Source of the DNA: Acidimicrobiia bacterium
GTDB lineage: Bacteria; Actinomycetota; Acidimicrobiia; Acidimicrobiales; CATQHL01
Reading direction: 5' to 3'
DNA: 64,000 nucleotides
NCBI GenBank assembly: GCA_009840735.1
Contig: VXNF01000083.1
Coordinates: 10,040 to 74,039 of the forward strand
How positions within the stretch are numbered: the first letter of the stretch is position 1; the number at the start of each line of letters is the position of its first letter. The position numbers were made by a program, and so were the translations under genes. The notes below the pieces were generated by a model. The model saw only the letters and a program-made list of their open reading frames with translations. It was not told where the DNA came from and ran no database searches. Positions 1 through 11,946 of the stretch are shown piece by piece.

Positions 1-281
1 CCGTAGGCGTCGGGTGCCGCAGGTTCCTGCTCGGGGGTCCGTTCCCCTTCGTCACCGGCGGCCTCGGCGGGGTCCTCATCGTCCGCTGCGCCCAGCGGGT
101 CGGGCCGCTCGGGCAGCTCGGCGGCGATCGGCTGGGCCGGTGGCGGATCCGTGACAGCTTCCGCGCTGGTGTCGTCCAGCGAGGCGCTCGCCGCCGGTGC
201 CGAGCCTGAGCTCATGGCCACCGTCAAGGCAGCGACCGCGGCGAGCACGGCGACGGCGGCAAGCGTGGGGCGCCACTTCAT
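1..281 (-). CDS. Exported protein, N-terminal part only (gene runs off the left edge)
   Basis: My own minus-strand translation from the ATG at 281 gives MKWRPTLAAVAVLAAVAALTVAMSSGSAPAASA..., a basic n-region plus hydrophobic core followed by an acidic, Pro-rich tail. The frame stays open to position 1. An ATGA overlap joins it to the stop of the upstream gene (278-281). It is absent from the ORF track because it has no stop in the window. Confidence 0.5.
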   Translation of the reverse strand, partial: MKWRPTLAAVAVLAAVAALTVAMSSGSAPAASASLDDTSAEAVTDPPPAQPIAAELPERPDPLGAADDEDPAEAAGDEGERTPEQEPAAPDAY

Positions 282-1141
282 AGGCTGTCTGCCCGCGCCG
301 CGGCGCCGCTGGACGGTTCGGGGCCGACCAGCGCCGAGGCGCACACACCGGCCTCATTCAGGAACCACATGCGCAGCGTGCCGTCGGTCTCCCGGCAGAC
401 CGGCGTGTGGAGGGCTTCGCCCCCACCGACCGCCGTCCGGTGTTCGATCTCGGCGCGATAGGGCGGCTTCAGGCCAACCGTCGCTGCTTCTTCCAACACT
501 GCTGTCCAGTATGCGGCGTTATTGACGTGATCCAGCACGTCGAGGTCGCACCAGCGGGGCGCCCAGTTCGCAGAGCCTGCATCGTTGGTCGGGGGCGGGT
601 GCAGGAGTGAGGCGCCGACCCGCCGTCCGCCGGCGGACGGGCCGAACGTCTCCTCGAACTGATCGGCGAGGCGGCGTGGAATTCCCGTGTCGGGGTCCAG
701 ATGCACCCACAACGCCACGGCGTCGATCTCTGCGCCGCGCGTCCCGCGCAGCCGCGTCGAGCGCTCGGCCCAACGGCTCCCGAGGCCCGAGCACCACGTC
801 GTGAGGTCGAGGGTCTCGTCGAAGCCGGCGGGGCGACCTACCGCCACGAGCAGCCGCCGCAGCACCCAGGAGCGGTCGTCGCCGAAGCCGGCGTCGAGAT
901 AGTCGTCGGTGGCGATGTCCTGCAGATGGCAGGCCAGGGCGTCGAGACGCAGCAGGCCGTCGGGACCGGCCTCGTCGAGGCGCACCCGTCGCGTGTCGCC
1001 GAACCGCCGGCCGGTCGCCGGGAGCGGCTGCAGGCTGCCGGCACCGACGACTCTCGCCACAGCCCGGACAGTAACACCGGCCCCGATCAACACCGGCCCT
1101 GCTTGGCCGGGCAATCCGGCGGGCGCCGGCGGGCCGCCCAT
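278..1141 (-). CDS. Acyl-ACP thioesterase-like (double hotdog) protein
   Basis: The 287-aa ORF contains the motif DLDVLDHVNNAAYW and the N-half pattern RLDALACHLQDIATDDY. Both are typical of acyl-ACP thioesterase and 4HBT hotdog enzymes. The exact start is uncertain. Confidence 0.65.
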   Translation of the reverse strand: MGGPPAPAGLPGQAGPVLIGAGVTVRAVARVVGAGSLQPLPATGRRFGDTRRVRLDEAGPDGLLRLDALACHLQDIATDDYLDAGFGDDRSWVLRRLLVAVGRPAGFDETLDLTTWCSGLGSRWAERSTRLRGTRGAEIDAVALWVHLDPDTGIPRRLADQFEETFGPSAGGRRVGASLLHPPPTNDAGSANWAPRWCDLDVLDHVNNAAYWTAVLEEAATVGLKPPYRAEIEHRTAVGGGEALHTPVCRETDGTLRMWFLNEAGVCASALVGPEPSSGAAARADSL

Positions 1142-1194
1142 TAGCCTGCGCTGCCGGAGCGCTGAGCCGCCGGGCGGCGGCCGGACCGGGAATC

Positions 1195-2633
<1,439 letters not shown>

Positions 2634-2717
2634 TCAGCGTAGCGCTTTGGTTGACTGCGGCATCGGCGGGCGCGGACCCGTCGCGGGCGACGCCAGAGCG
2701 GCGGGAGGAGCAGGGGC

Positions 2718-3044
2718 ATGTACGTGGTCTTGGACTTGCGAACCGGGCAGCGGAGGCTTGTGGAGGCCGACGACTTCGACCGCTTCCACATCGAGGCCGA
2801 CGGAGACCGCCACGACGTGCTGGCGGTGCTCGGCGCCGAGGCCCGTCTCGGTCGGACCCATCACCTCTGGTGGTCGGTCGAGGCGGTCCGGCGGCTGGCG
2901 GAGGCGGACCGGGTGCCGGCCTGGGACGCGCAGTTCGAGGACATGATGGCGCAGGCGGCGAAGCACGGATGGATCGACGACGCCGGCACGCACGTCCAGG
3001 TCCACATCGAGCGCCCCGGCGGCGGCATCGTCACGACTCGTTGA
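2718..3044 (+). CDS. Hypothetical protein
   Basis: A 108-aa ORF is preceded by a GGGAGGAG Shine-Dalgarno sequence a few nt upstream of the ATG. The composition is non-shadow-like. I recognise no family. Confidence 0.5.
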   Translation: MYVVLDLRTGQRRLVEADDFDRFHIEADGDRHDVLAVLGAEARLGRTHHLWWSVEAVRRLAEADRVPAWDAQFEDMMAQAAKHGWIDDAGTHVQVHIERPGGGIVTTR

Positions 3045-3072
3045 GCGACGCCCCGATCAGGCGCTGGCGGTC

Positions 3073-4047
3073 TCAGAATCGCTGCGAGAGCTGCGCGTTT
3101 TCGTCCGGCACCATGAGCGACCGCAGGTGGGCCGCCGCTGTTGCTTGGCCGGCGGCGGTCGCCTCGGGCCAGGCGCTGCCCGTGAGGCGGGCCGCCAGCA
3201 GGCCGCCGGCGAAGGCGTCGCCCGCGCCGGTGGTGTCCGGCACGTCCCCCAGGCTTGGCGGCGTGACGGGCTCGCCGTCGAATCCGCCGCCGTAGAGGCG
3301 CGTCGGGCGCGCTCCGTCCTTTACGATCACGAGGTCGGCGAGCCTGCGGTGGCCTCCTGTGGCCGCCAGCAGGGCGGCCTCGCCGGCATCGCACAGCAGC
3401 ACCTCGGCGCCGATGTCGGTGAGGGTGGACCTGAAGGCGTCGATCCCTGTGTCGCGAATGGCGCCCACGGAGCAGGCGTCAACGCTCACGGCACCGCCGG
3501 CGCCGCGGACGGCACCGATCATCTCGCAGGCCACCGAGCGGGAGGGTTCGCTCAGCAGCGAGTAGCCCGCCACATGCAGCATCGCCAAATCTTCCAGCCA
3601 CGCCGGCGTGAAGCTGGCGAAGTCGGCGCAGGCGCCCCGGTCGGTCAGCATCGTCCGCTCGCCGCCGGCGCCGAGGAGCACCACCACGGTGCCGCTGCGA
3701 CCGCCGCGGTACACGCAGGGCTGCACCCCGGCGGCGGCCAACTCCCCCAGCAGGCGGTCCCCCGGCCCGTCTTGGCCCACCTGCCCGAAGAACCGCACCC
3801 GACCTGGCCCGAGCACCCCGGCAGCGGCCACCGCCGCGTTCGCCGCGCTGCCACCGCGGCGCCGCCGGATGACGCAGGGGGTATCGGTGTCGGCCCGCAC
3901 CTCGCTGCGGTGCTGCACCACCACGTCCTCGAGCAAGTCTCCCAGGAAGCCCAGCGCCGCTGCGGGGCCGCGGTCGGGGTGCGAAGTGCGGGCCTGCGAC
4001 GCAACGGCAGGCGCGCTGGCCCGAGTCTCGGGGGAGGTGGCGGCCAT
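3073..4047 (-). CDS. PfkB-family carbohydrate/nucleoside kinase (ribokinase-like)
   Basis: The product has the C-terminal DTTGAGDAFAGGLLA anion-hole motif and an N-terminal GGSAANAAVA motif. I moved the start to the ATG at 4047 (MAATSPE...), because the 415-aa track ORF runs back into the upstream hydrolase gene. Confidence 0.8.
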   Translation of the reverse strand: MAATSPETRASAPAVASQARTSHPDRGPAAALGFLGDLLEDVVVQHRSEVRADTDTPCVIRRRRGGSAANAAVAAAGVLGPGRVRFFGQVGQDGPGDRLLGELAAAGVQPCVYRGGRSGTVVVLLGAGGERTMLTDRGACADFASFTPAWLEDLAMLHVAGYSLLSEPSRSVACEMIGAVRGAGGAVSVDACSVGAIRDTGIDAFRSTLTDIGAEVLLCDAGEAALLAATGGHRRLADLVIVKDGARPTRLYGGGFDGEPVTPPSLGDVPDTTGAGDAFAGGLLAARLTGSAWPEATAAGQATAAAHLRSLMVPDENAQLSQRF

Positions 4048-4090
4048 CGGCGGGCTCGGGGCAGGCGGCGCGACTCCGGCGCGGGCCGCG

Positions 4091-5014
4091 TCAGCGCAGG
4101 GTCTCGCAGAGCAGCGACATGAACGCCTCCGGGGGCACATGGGTGACCACCGCGGCGTTCGCAGGCTTGCCGCTGATGGCGTTGTGGTCGACGATCGTCT
4201 GGCCCCGCGCCGGGCCGTCGCCGGGCACGACTTCCACGTAGAAGTCCTGCGTCTCAGCGATCGTCGGATCGAGGGCGACCGCCATCGCCAACGGGTCCGG
4301 CAGGTCGAAGCCCACCGCACCGGTCATCCTGCCCACGAACTCCACCAAGGCGCGCTGGATGTCGCAGGTGAACTCCGAGTAGGGCGTGCCGATCGCCCGC
4401 AGCCGGGCCTCGCCCTCGGGGCCCACGAAGGCGCAGCTCCAGGACACGTCCCAGCCCACCATGGTGATCGGCATCCCCGACTCGAAGACGATGCGCGCCG
4501 CCTCAGGATCGACGAAGATATTGAACTCCGCCGCCGGCGTGATGTTGCCGGGCAGCCGCCCGGTCCCGCCCATGACGTAGCAGTGCTTCACGGCGCCGGC
4601 CAGCTCCGGTGCCCGCAGCAGCGCGGTGCCCACGTTGGACAGCGGCCCCAAGGTGACGAGGTCGATCTCGCCGGGGGCGGCGCAGATGGTCTCGACCAGC
4701 ACGTCCACCGCGTGGCCCTCTGCGGCGCTGCGCCCGCCGAGATCCAAGCCGATGTCGCCGAGGCCGTCGTTGCCGTGAACCATCTCGGCCGTGGTCAGCT
4801 CCCGGAACATGGGCTGCGCCAAGCCCGCATGCACCGGCACCGACGAGCCGCACAGCTCAACGGTGTAGAGGGCGTTCTGCACGCAGCGGTCCAGCGGCAC
4901 GTTGCCTGCGGTGATCGTCAGCGCCTCGACGTTCACCTCCGGTGCGCGCAGCGCCATGATCAGCGCAACGGCGTCGTCGGAGGCGGTGTCAGTGTCGATC
5001 AGGAATCGGCGCAC
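4091..5014 (-). CDS. Nucleoside hydrolase (inosine/uridine-preferring family)
   Basis: The N-terminal fingerprint is MRRFLIDTDTASDDAVAL (DxDxxxDD). It is followed by HGNDGLGD and a full-length IUNH-like body. Confidence 0.9.
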   Translation of the reverse strand: MRRFLIDTDTASDDAVALIMALRAPEVNVEALTITAGNVPLDRCVQNALYTVELCGSSVPVHAGLAQPMFRELTTAEMVHGNDGLGDIGLDLGGRSAAEGHAVDVLVETICAAPGEIDLVTLGPLSNVGTALLRAPELAGAVKHCYVMGGTGRLPGNITPAAEFNIFVDPEAARIVFESGMPITMVGWDVSWSCAFVGPEGEARLRAIGTPYSEFTCDIQRALVEFVGRMTGAVGFDLPDPLAMAVALDPTIAETQDFYVEVVPGDGPARGQTIVDHNAISGKPANAAVVTHVPPEAFMSLLCETLR

Positions 5015-5052
5015 GGCGTGCTCCTCAGCTTCTTCGTCAGTCCAGCGGGTCC

Positions 5053-6141
5053 TCAGCCGGCGGCCAGGCGGGCGTAGCCGGGCTTGATGACGTTGTCGAT
5101 CAGATGTAGCCGCTCGTCGAAGGGGATGAACGAGCTCTTAATTGCGTTGATCGTGAGCCAGCGCAGGTCGGACAGCGTCCAGCCGTAGGCCTCGGCGCAG
5201 AGCTGCATCTCCTTGCTGAGGCAGGTGTCGCTCATGAGGCGGTTGTCGGTGTTGATGGTGACGCGAAACCGCAGGCGCGCCAGCAGGTCGATGGGGTGCT
5301 CGGCGATGGAGGGCGCCAGGGCTGTGTGGACGTTCGAGCTGGGGCAGAGCTCCAAGGGGATGCGGCGGTCCCGCACGTAGGCGGCCAGAGGCCCGAGCTG
5401 CGGCGCGGCCTCGGGGTCGTCGGCGTCCAGGGCGATGTCCTCGACGATGCGCACGCCGTGACCGAGACGCTCGGCGCCGCAGTACTGCACCGCCTCCCAG
5501 ATCGAAGGCAGGCCGAAACCCTCCCCGGCATGGATCGTGAAGTGGAAATTGGCCCGTTGCAGGTATTGGAAGGCCGCGATGTGGCGGGTCGGCGGGTGGC
5601 CCGCCTCAGCGCCGGCGATGTCGAAGCCGACGATGCCGTCGTGACGGTGACGCACCGCCAGCTCGGCCACCTCCAGGGCGTGCGCGGCGTGGCGCATGGC
5701 GCACAGCAACCCCACGACGCGGATGCTGCGCCCCCGGCTGCCGGCGGCGAATCCGTCCAGCACGCTGCGCACCACCTCGTCGGTGCTGAGCCCTCGTTCG
5801 GTGTGCAACTCGGGGGCGAAGCGCACCTCGGCGTAGACGACGCCGTCAGCGGCGAGGTCCTCGGCGCACTCGGCGGCCACCCGGGCGATGCTCTGGGGCG
5901 TCTGCATCACGCCGAGGGTGTGGACGAAGGTCTCCAGGTAGGCCTCGAGACTCTCGCCGGAGGCGGCCCGGGTCATCCAGCGGCCCAGCTCGGCGGGGTC
6001 CCCCGTGGGCAACCCTCGATAGCCCGTCTCGGCGGCCAGCTCCACGATCGTGGCGGGCCGGAGCCCGCCGTCCAGGTGGTCGTGCAGCAGCGCCTTGGGG
6101 GCTTGCCGGATCTCCTCGGGAGACGGGACAGCGGCGTTCAC
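5053..6141 (-). CDS. add: Adenosine deaminase
   Basis: The product contains [19 protein letters not shown] and [11 protein letters not shown] motifs. I set the start at the GTG at 6141, which forms a GTGA overlap with the deoA stop. The 804-aa track ORF is an artificial upstream extension. Confidence 0.9.
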   Translation of the reverse strand: MNAAVPSPEEIRQAPKALLHDHLDGGLRPATIVELAAETGYRGLPTGDPAELGRWMTRAASGESLEAYLETFVHTLGVMQTPQSIARVAAECAEDLAADGVVYAEVRFAPELHTERGLSTDEVVRSVLDGFAAGSRGRSIRVVGLLCAMRHAAHALEVAELAVRHRHDGIVGFDIAGAEAGHPPTRHIAAFQYLQRANFHFTIHAGEGFGLPSIWEAVQYCGAERLGHGVRIVEDIALDADDPEAAPQLGPLAAYVRDRRIPLELCPSSNVHTALAPSIAEHPIDLLARLRFRVTINTDNRLMSDTCLSKEMQLCAEAYGWTLSDLRWLTINAIKSSFIPFDERLHLIDNVIKPGYARLAAG

Positions 6142-7430
6142 GCCCGCCCGCCGGCCGTGACGCGGTCCAGCACCAGCGGCTTCTTCGGGCCGGCTTCGGC
6201 GACGATCTCGAAGCCGCCCTCCAGAGCGGCCAGCGCGCCCGGCAGCAGCGACTCGTCGTCGGTGTGCAACTCCAGCAGCGGCTCGCCGGCGCGCACCGCG
6301 TCGCCCTCGGCGGCCCGGCACACCACACCGGCGGTGGGGCTCACCGGATCCTCCTTGCGGGCGCGCCCGGCGCCGAGACGCCAAGCGGCGATACCCACCG
6401 CCAGGGCGTCGAGGTGACCCAGAGCGCCGTCGGCGGGCGCGTTGATCGTCTCCACGACGCGGGCCTGCGGCAGGTCGGCGTCGGGGTCGCCGCCCTGGGC
6501 GGCGATCATTGCCCGCCAGCTGTCCATGGCGGCGCCGGTGGCCAGGACCTCGGCGGGGTCGGCGTCCAGGCCCGCCAACTCCACCATCTCCCGGGCCAAG
6601 GCGAGAGTCACCTCGACGAGGTCCGCGGGCCCGCCACCGGCGAGGGTCTCCACTGACTCGCGCACCTCTAAGGCGTTGCCGGCGGTCAGCCCCAGCACGG
6701 TGTCCATCCTTGTCAGCAGTGCCGCGGTGCGCACGCCGTGGGCCTCGCCCAGGCTGACCATCGCCTCGGCCAGCATGCGGGCAGCGGCGTGGGTCTTCAT
6801 GAAGGCTCCTGAACCGACCTTGACGTCCAGGGCCAGGGCGCCGGTGCCTTCGGCGATCTTCTTGCTCATGATCGAGCTGGCGATCAGCGGGATCGACGGC
6901 ACCGTGCCGGTCACGTCCCGCAGGGCGTAGATCCGCCGGTCGGCAGGCGCCAGCCCGGCACCGGCAGCGCAGATCACGGCGCCGACGTCGGCCAGCTGCG
7001 ACAGGATCTCGGCGTTGGAGAGGGCGGCGCGCCAGCCGGCGATGGCTTCCAGCTTGTCCAGCGTGCCGCCGGTGTGGCCCAGTCCCCGGCCCGAGAGCTG
7101 CGGCACCGCCGCGCCGCAGGCCGCCAGCAGCGGCGCCAGAACCAGCGAGACCTTGTCGCCGACGCCGCCGGTGGAGTGCTTGTCGACGGTCGGGCGGTCG
7201 AGGCCTGAGAGGTCGAGGCGCTCGCCGGAGTCGATCATGGCCTGGGTCCAGGTGGCCAGCTCGTCGCTCTGCATCTCTCGGAAGTAGATGGCCATCAGCA
7301 GCGCCGAGGCCTGCTCGTCGGGGATCGCCCCGGCGGTGTAGCCCTCGATGAACCAGGCGATCTCCGCTGGCGTCAGCGCCCGCCCGTCCCTCTTGGCGCA
7401 GATCACCTCGACGGCGGAGCAGTCGCTCAC
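6138..7430 (-). CDS. deoA: Thymidine (pyrimidine-nucleoside) phosphorylase
   Basis: The product contains [15 protein letters not shown] and [16 protein letters not shown] motifs and is 430 aa long. Its GTG start overlaps the cdd stop (GTGA at 7427-7430). Confidence 0.9.
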   Translation of the reverse strand: MSDCSAVEVICAKRDGRALTPAEIAWFIEGYTAGAIPDEQASALLMAIYFREMQSDELATWTQAMIDSGERLDLSGLDRPTVDKHSTGGVGDKVSLVLAPLLAACGAAVPQLSGRGLGHTGGTLDKLEAIAGWRAALSNAEILSQLADVGAVICAAGAGLAPADRRIYALRDVTGTVPSIPLIASSIMSKKIAEGTGALALDVKVGSGAFMKTHAAARMLAEAMVSLGEAHGVRTAALLTRMDTVLGLTAGNALEVRESVETLAGGGPADLVEVTLALAREMVELAGLDADPAEVLATGAAMDSWRAMIAAQGGDPDADLPQARVVETINAPADGALGHLDALAVGIAAWRLGAGRARKEDPVSPTAGVVCRAAEGDAVRAGEPLLELHTDDESLLPGALAALEGGFEIVAEAGPKKPLVLDRVTAGGRA

Positions 7431-7840
7431 AGGTCCTCGGGGCCGAAGGCGTCAGGCAGCAGGTCACCCAAGGTGGCGTCGCGGTTGATGAGGAGTCCGG
7501 GCCCTCCGACCTCGTAGAGGACCTGGCGGCAGCGACCGCAGGGCTTGCCCGCAGGCAGGTCGTCGAGGTCGTAGCCGCCGACCACCGCCACGGCCACGAG
7601 GCGCCCGCCGCCGCTGGTGTGCAGGGCGCACACTAGTGAGCACTCGGCGCAAAGCCCCAGCCCGTAGGAGGCGTTCTCCGCGTTGCAGCCCACGAGGATC
7701 CGCCCGTCGTCCACGAGGCCCGCGGCGCCCACGTGGTAGCGGGAGTAAGGGCAGTAGGCGTTGGCGGCCACCGCCCGGGCGCGTCGGAACAGATCGTCCC
7801 AGTCCGCCGCGGCGGCCGTGACAGCCCCGCCGGCGGTCAT
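7427..7840 (-). CDS. cdd: Cytidine deaminase
   Basis: The zinc motifs CAEC and PCGRCRQ are present, along with an [13 protein letters not shown] segment. The start is the ATG at 7840, in an ATGA overlap with the permease stop. Confidence 0.9.
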   Translation of the reverse strand: MTAGGAVTAAAADWDDLFRRARAVAANAYCPYSRYHVGAAGLVDDGRILVGCNAENASYGLGLCAECSLVCALHTSGGGRLVAVAVVGGYDLDDLPAGKPCGRCRQVLYEVGGPGLLINRDATLGDLLPDAFGPEDL

Positions 7841-9186
7841 TGCTGCTGGCCGCGCCGGTAGCGCATGCCGTCGGCGGCGGGCATGCGCAGCTTCGAGGTG
7901 TAGAACAGCAGCACCAGCAGCACCGTGATGTAAGGAAGCGCCTGGGGGAACTGCTTGGGGACTGTCTCGGTCAGGTAGTGCCACACGGCGAATCCGCCTG
8001 CGGCGATGGCCAGCCCGACCGCGGCGCGGTGCCGGCGTCGGACCAAGAACACCAGCGCCACGAGGCCCAAGGCCAGCACCACGAGCAGCAGCAGCCCGTG
8101 AACCGCGGACCGGTCGCGCAGCTGCAGCGTGTCGGTGAAGCCGAACAGCAGGCCGCCGAGCGCCGCGCCCACGGGTCGCCAGTTGCCGAAGATGGTGGTG
8201 GCGAGGCCGATGAAGCCCCGGCCCGCGGTCTGGCCCTCCCGGTAGATGCCGGTCAGCTCAATCACCAGGAAGGCGCCGCCGTAACCCGCGAAGGCGCCCG
8301 ACAGCACCACGCCGTAGTACTTGTAGCGGTACACGTCCACGCCGAGGCTGTCGGCGGCGATGGGGTGCTCGCCGCAGCTGCGCAGGCGCAGCCCCCACGA
8401 CGTGCGCCACAGCAGCCACACCGAGAGCGGCACGGTGGCGTAGGCGATGAGCGTCAGCCAGGACACCTCCCAGAGGAAGCCGCGGAGAATGCCCGCGGCG
8501 TCGGAGATCCAGAACCAGTCCCAACTCTCGATGCGCCCGAGGGCGTCCGCGGTCCCGGCCCCGCCGGCGAGGAAGGAAATGCTGAAGGAGTCGACGTCCT
8601 CAACCCGCGGCGACTGCGTGATGCCCCCGCCGGGGCGCCCCTGGAAGACCTTGTCGGACAGGAAGCGGGTGATCCCCGGCGCCATCACCAGGATGGCCGC
8701 ACCGGAGATGATGTGGTCCACGCCGAAGCTCACCGTGGCAATGGCGTGCAGCAGGCCACCGACAGCGCCGCCCGCGGCGCCGATGAGCATGCCCCACCAC
8801 GGCCCGAACTCCAGAGCGCCGTAGGCGCCGAACCAGGTGCCGAGGATGAGCATTCCCTCCAGACCGATGTTCACCACGCCGGCCCGCTCGGCGAAGATGC
8901 CTCCCATGGCGGGCATCAGGATCGGCACCGCGTAGGCGAGCGCGATCGACCAGGTGGTGCTGTTGGCGAGCTGGTCAGTGGCCGGCCGGGCGAACTGCTC
9001 GGTGATGGCGAGCAGCGCCACGCCGATGACGGTGACGGCGGCGAGCTGCAGGCGGCGCTGGAACTGCCGGTCCTGCGGTGTGTTCGTCGGGCGCGGGTAC
9101 CAGCTGGGTCGGCCGGCGAAGCGCTCGAAGGGCCGCCAGGGCTGTTGGGCGCCGTCGCCGGGGGTGGTGTCTGAGGAGAGCGTCAT
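7837..9186 (-). CDS. ABC transporter permease (BMP/nucleoside-type)
   Basis: This is a polytopic membrane protein with 449 codons. It lies in an operon with a BMP binding protein and a duplicated-ATPase ABC component. An ATGA overlap joins it to the upstream permease. Confidence 0.85.
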   Translation of the reverse strand: MTLSSDTTPGDGAQQPWRPFERFAGRPSWYPRPTNTPQDRQFQRRLQLAAVTVIGVALLAITEQFARPATDQLANSTTWSIALAYAVPILMPAMGGIFAERAGVVNIGLEGMLILGTWFGAYGALEFGPWWGMLIGAAGGAVGGLLHAIATVSFGVDHIISGAAILVMAPGITRFLSDKVFQGRPGGGITQSPRVEDVDSFSISFLAGGAGTADALGRIESWDWFWISDAAGILRGFLWEVSWLTLIAYATVPLSVWLLWRTSWGLRLRSCGEHPIAADSLGVDVYRYKYYGVVLSGAFAGYGGAFLVIELTGIYREGQTAGRGFIGLATTIFGNWRPVGAALGGLLFGFTDTLQLRDRSAVHGLLLLVVLALGLVALVFLVRRRHRAAVGLAIAAGGFAVWHYLTETVPKQFPQALPYITVLLVLLFYTSKLRMPAADGMRYRRGQQQ

Positions 9187-10370
9187 GGCGCGGGCCTCGA
9201 GTCGGGCGCGGCAGCGTCGGTGGCGCCCTCAGCGGGCGGATCCGCCTCGCTGGAGGCCATGGCGAGCGAGGCGGCGCGGGCTTCTTCGTCCTGGCGGCGC
9301 CGCTGCACCACGACGTAGGTGATGACCGCCGCGAAGATGATGATGCCCTTCATGATCTCCACGATCTCCTGGGGGGCGTCCCCGTGGACGTCGAGGATCG
9401 GCGCCGCGCTGTCCAAGAACCCGAACACCAGCGCGCCGATGGCGATGCCGCCCGGATGGTTCTGGCCGAGCAGCGCCACGGCGATGCCGGCGAAGCCGAG
9501 GTTCTGGGTGAACTGCAGCCCGTAGGCGTAGTCGCGTCCCAGCACCTCCGGCAGCCCCACGAGCCCCCCGACCGCCCCACTGAGCGCCATGGCCACGATG
9601 ACGGTGCGCTTGGGGGAGACGCCGGAGGCCTCGGCGGCCAGCGGGTTGATGCCCGAGGCCCGCAGGTCGTAGCCGGGCCGCGTCCTCGCCACGTAGAGCC
9701 AGTAGAGGATCCCGATGATGATCGCCACGATCACGAACCCCCACAGCACCCGACCCTTGGAGATCTCCCGCGTGAACAGCTCGACGAAGCCGTTGAGGTT
9801 CGGCATGCGGCCCGAGGGCGGGATCTCGGCTGTCTCCTGATTGAGGCTCTCGTCGGGCACGTCCCACTGCCTGAAGAGCATCGCCACGACCAGGCTGATC
9901 GAGATTGCGTTGAGCATGATCGTGGAGATCACCTCATGGATGCCGCGGGTCACCTTCAGGACGCCGGCGATCAGCGCCCACATCGACCCGGTCGCCATGC
10001 CGACCAGGATGATGACCGTCAAGTGCAACGGCGCGGGCAGCGACAGCTCGGCGGCGACCTGCGCGGCGATGATCGACGCCAGGATGTACTGGCCCTCCAC
10101 GCCGATGTTGAAGAGGTTCATGCGGAAGCCGATCGCCACCGCCACCGCCGACAGGTACAGCGGCGTGGCCCGGTTGACCATGTCGACGAGGGTCTCCAAC
10201 TCGAACCCGTAGGAGAACATCCGCCCGTAGGCCGGGAAAGGGTTGCTGCCGCTGAGCACGAGCGCGATCGACGCCACCGCCAGCGACAGGATCAGCGCCG
10301 CCACGGGAGCGGCCAAGGCCAGCGTCAGGCGGCGGTGCGCCGGCAGCCGGTAGGCGGCGCGAGCGGTCAT
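9183..10370 (-). CDS. ABC transporter permease (BMP/nucleoside-type)
   Basis: The product contains the segment MNLFNIGVEGQYILA, typical of simple-sugar and nucleoside ABC permeases. I moved the start to the ATG at 10370 (MTARAAYRL...), in an ATGA overlap with the ATPase stop. Confidence 0.85.
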   Translation of the reverse strand: MTARAAYRLPAHRRLTLALAAPVAALILSLAVASIALVLSGSNPFPAYGRMFSYGFELETLVDMVNRATPLYLSAVAVAIGFRMNLFNIGVEGQYILASIIAAQVAAELSLPAPLHLTVIILVGMATGSMWALIAGVLKVTRGIHEVISTIMLNAISISLVVAMLFRQWDVPDESLNQETAEIPPSGRMPNLNGFVELFTREISKGRVLWGFVIVAIIIGILYWLYVARTRPGYDLRASGINPLAAEASGVSPKRTVIVAMALSGAVGGLVGLPEVLGRDYAYGLQFTQNLGFAGIAVALLGQNHPGGIAIGALVFGFLDSAAPILDVHGDAPQEIVEIMKGIIIFAAVITYVVVQRRRQDEEARAASLAMASSEADPPAEGATDAAAPDSRPAP

Positions 10371-11905
10371 GCGGGCTGGGGCTCCTCGACGTCGGCGGCC
10401 GCGCCGGTCATGTGGGCGCCCAGCTCCCGGGGGGTGACCGTCGCCGGATCCAGCGCGGCGGAGATGCGGCCGCGGAACACGACGAGCAGGCGGTCCGAGA
10501 GCCCGATCAACTCGTCTAGATCGGCTGATACCAGCAGCACCGCCAGCCCTTGCTCGCGGGCGCGGTGCAGGGTCTCCCAGACGGCGGCCTGCGCGCCCAC
10601 GTCGATGCCTCTCGTGGGGTGCGCGGCGATTAGCAGGTTCGGCGTCATGACCATCTCGCGCCCGATGATGAGCTTCTGCTGGTTGCCGCCCGAGAGCGCA
10701 TGGGCCGCCACGTCGGGCCCCGGCGTGCGCACGTCGAAGGCGGCGATGAGCTCCCGGGTCCGCTGGCGCGCTGCCTTGGGGGTCAGCCAGAAGCCGTGGC
10801 GCGAGTACGGCTCCTTGCTCTGGTGGCCGCACATGGCGTTCTCCCACAGGGGTGCCGGCAGCAGAAGGCCTCGCCGGTGACGATCCTCGGGGATGTACCC
10901 GACGCCCGCCTCGCGTCGCTGGCGCACCGTCCACTCGTTGATCTCGCTGCCCTCGAGGAGAACTTGGCCCCCAGCGGGCGCCCGGATCCCCAACAGGGCC
11001 TCCACGAACTCGACTTGGCCGTTGCCTTCCACGCCGGCCATGCCCACGATCTCGCCGCGGCGCACCTCCAGGCTGATCCCCTTGACGACCGCCCGCTCAT
11101 CGTCGTCGAGCACCGAGAGATCCTTCACCTCCAGGGCGACGGCGTCCTGTGCCGCCGTGGTCCGGGCCTCCGGCGTGGGAAGCTCCGAACCGACCATCAG
11201 CTCCGCTAGATCGCGCGGCGACACCTCCTCGGGCTTCACCGTGGCGACGGTCCGCCCCGCTCGGAGCACGGTGATCGTGTCGGCGATCTCGAGCACCTCG
11301 TCCAGCTTGTGGTCGATGAAGACGATGGTCTCGCCGCGGGCGCACATGTCCCGCATGTTGCGGAACAGCTCCTCCACCTCGTGGGGGACCAGCACCGAGG
11401 TGGGCTCGTCCAGGATGAGAATGCGGGCGCCCCGGTAGAGCACTTTGATGATCTCGACGCGCTGGCGCTCGCCCACGCCGAGGTTCTCGACCGGTTCGTC
11501 GAGGTGTACGTCGAGTCCGTAGGCGTCGCTCAGCTCGGCCACGCGCCGGCGAGCCCTGGCGAAGTCGATGCGCCCGGCGCGCCCGGTCGGTTCGGCGCCG
11601 AGGATGATGTTCTCCAGCACGGTCAGGTTGTCGGCCAGCATGAAATGCTGGTGCACCATGCCGATGCCGGCAGCCAGGGCGTCCCGCGGCGAGCGGAAAT
11701 GCACCTCGTCGCCCCTCACGACGATGCGCCCCTCGTCGGCGGGGAGCATGCCGTACAGCACGTTCATGAGCGTGGACTTGCCGGCGCCGTTCTCGCCGCA
11801 GATGGCGTGGATCTCGCCCTCGGCGACGGTGAGGTTGACGCGGTCGTTGGCGAGCACGCCGGGGAACCGCTTCGTGATGTCCTCTAACGACAGAGCCGGC
11901 GTCAT
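10367..11905 (-). CDS. ABC transporter ATP-binding protein (two fused ATPase domains)
   Basis: The Walker A is GENGAGKST. LSGGNQQK-type signature motifs are present, and the two nucleotide-binding halves total 512 aa. Confidence 0.9.
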   Translation of the reverse strand: MTPALSLEDITKRFPGVLANDRVNLTVAEGEIHAICGENGAGKSTLMNVLYGMLPADEGRIVVRGDEVHFRSPRDALAAGIGMVHQHFMLADNLTVLENIILGAEPTGRAGRIDFARARRRVAELSDAYGLDVHLDEPVENLGVGERQRVEIIKVLYRGARILILDEPTSVLVPHEVEELFRNMRDMCARGETIVFIDHKLDEVLEIADTITVLRAGRTVATVKPEEVSPRDLAELMVGSELPTPEARTTAAQDAVALEVKDLSVLDDDERAVVKGISLEVRRGEIVGMAGVEGNGQVEFVEALLGIRAPAGGQVLLEGSEINEWTVRQRREAGVGYIPEDRHRRGLLLPAPLWENAMCGHQSKEPYSRHGFWLTPKAARQRTRELIAAFDVRTPGPDVAAHALSGGNQQKLIIGREMVMTPNLLIAAHPTRGIDVGAQAAVWETLHRAREQGLAVLLVSADLDELIGLSDRLLVVFRGRISAALDPATVTPRELGAHMTGAAADVEEPQPA

Positions 11906-11946
11906 GGCGTCGCGACCGACCTCCTCCGTGAGGCGGTGTCGGCGGA

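Noticed and set aside
5053-7467. Track ORFs that fuse two genes or carry long N-terminal extensions: 5053-7467, 9183-10934, 40527-42647, 41607-43145, 45564-47651, 58721-59971, 3073-4320, 7427-7984 and 14683-16002.
   Set aside because: The family-specific sequence starts far inside each ORF. The extensions are low-complexity and overlap the real upstream gene. Internal ATG or GTG starts coincide with 4-nt stop/start overlaps or with Shine-Dalgarno sequences, so I trimmed them.
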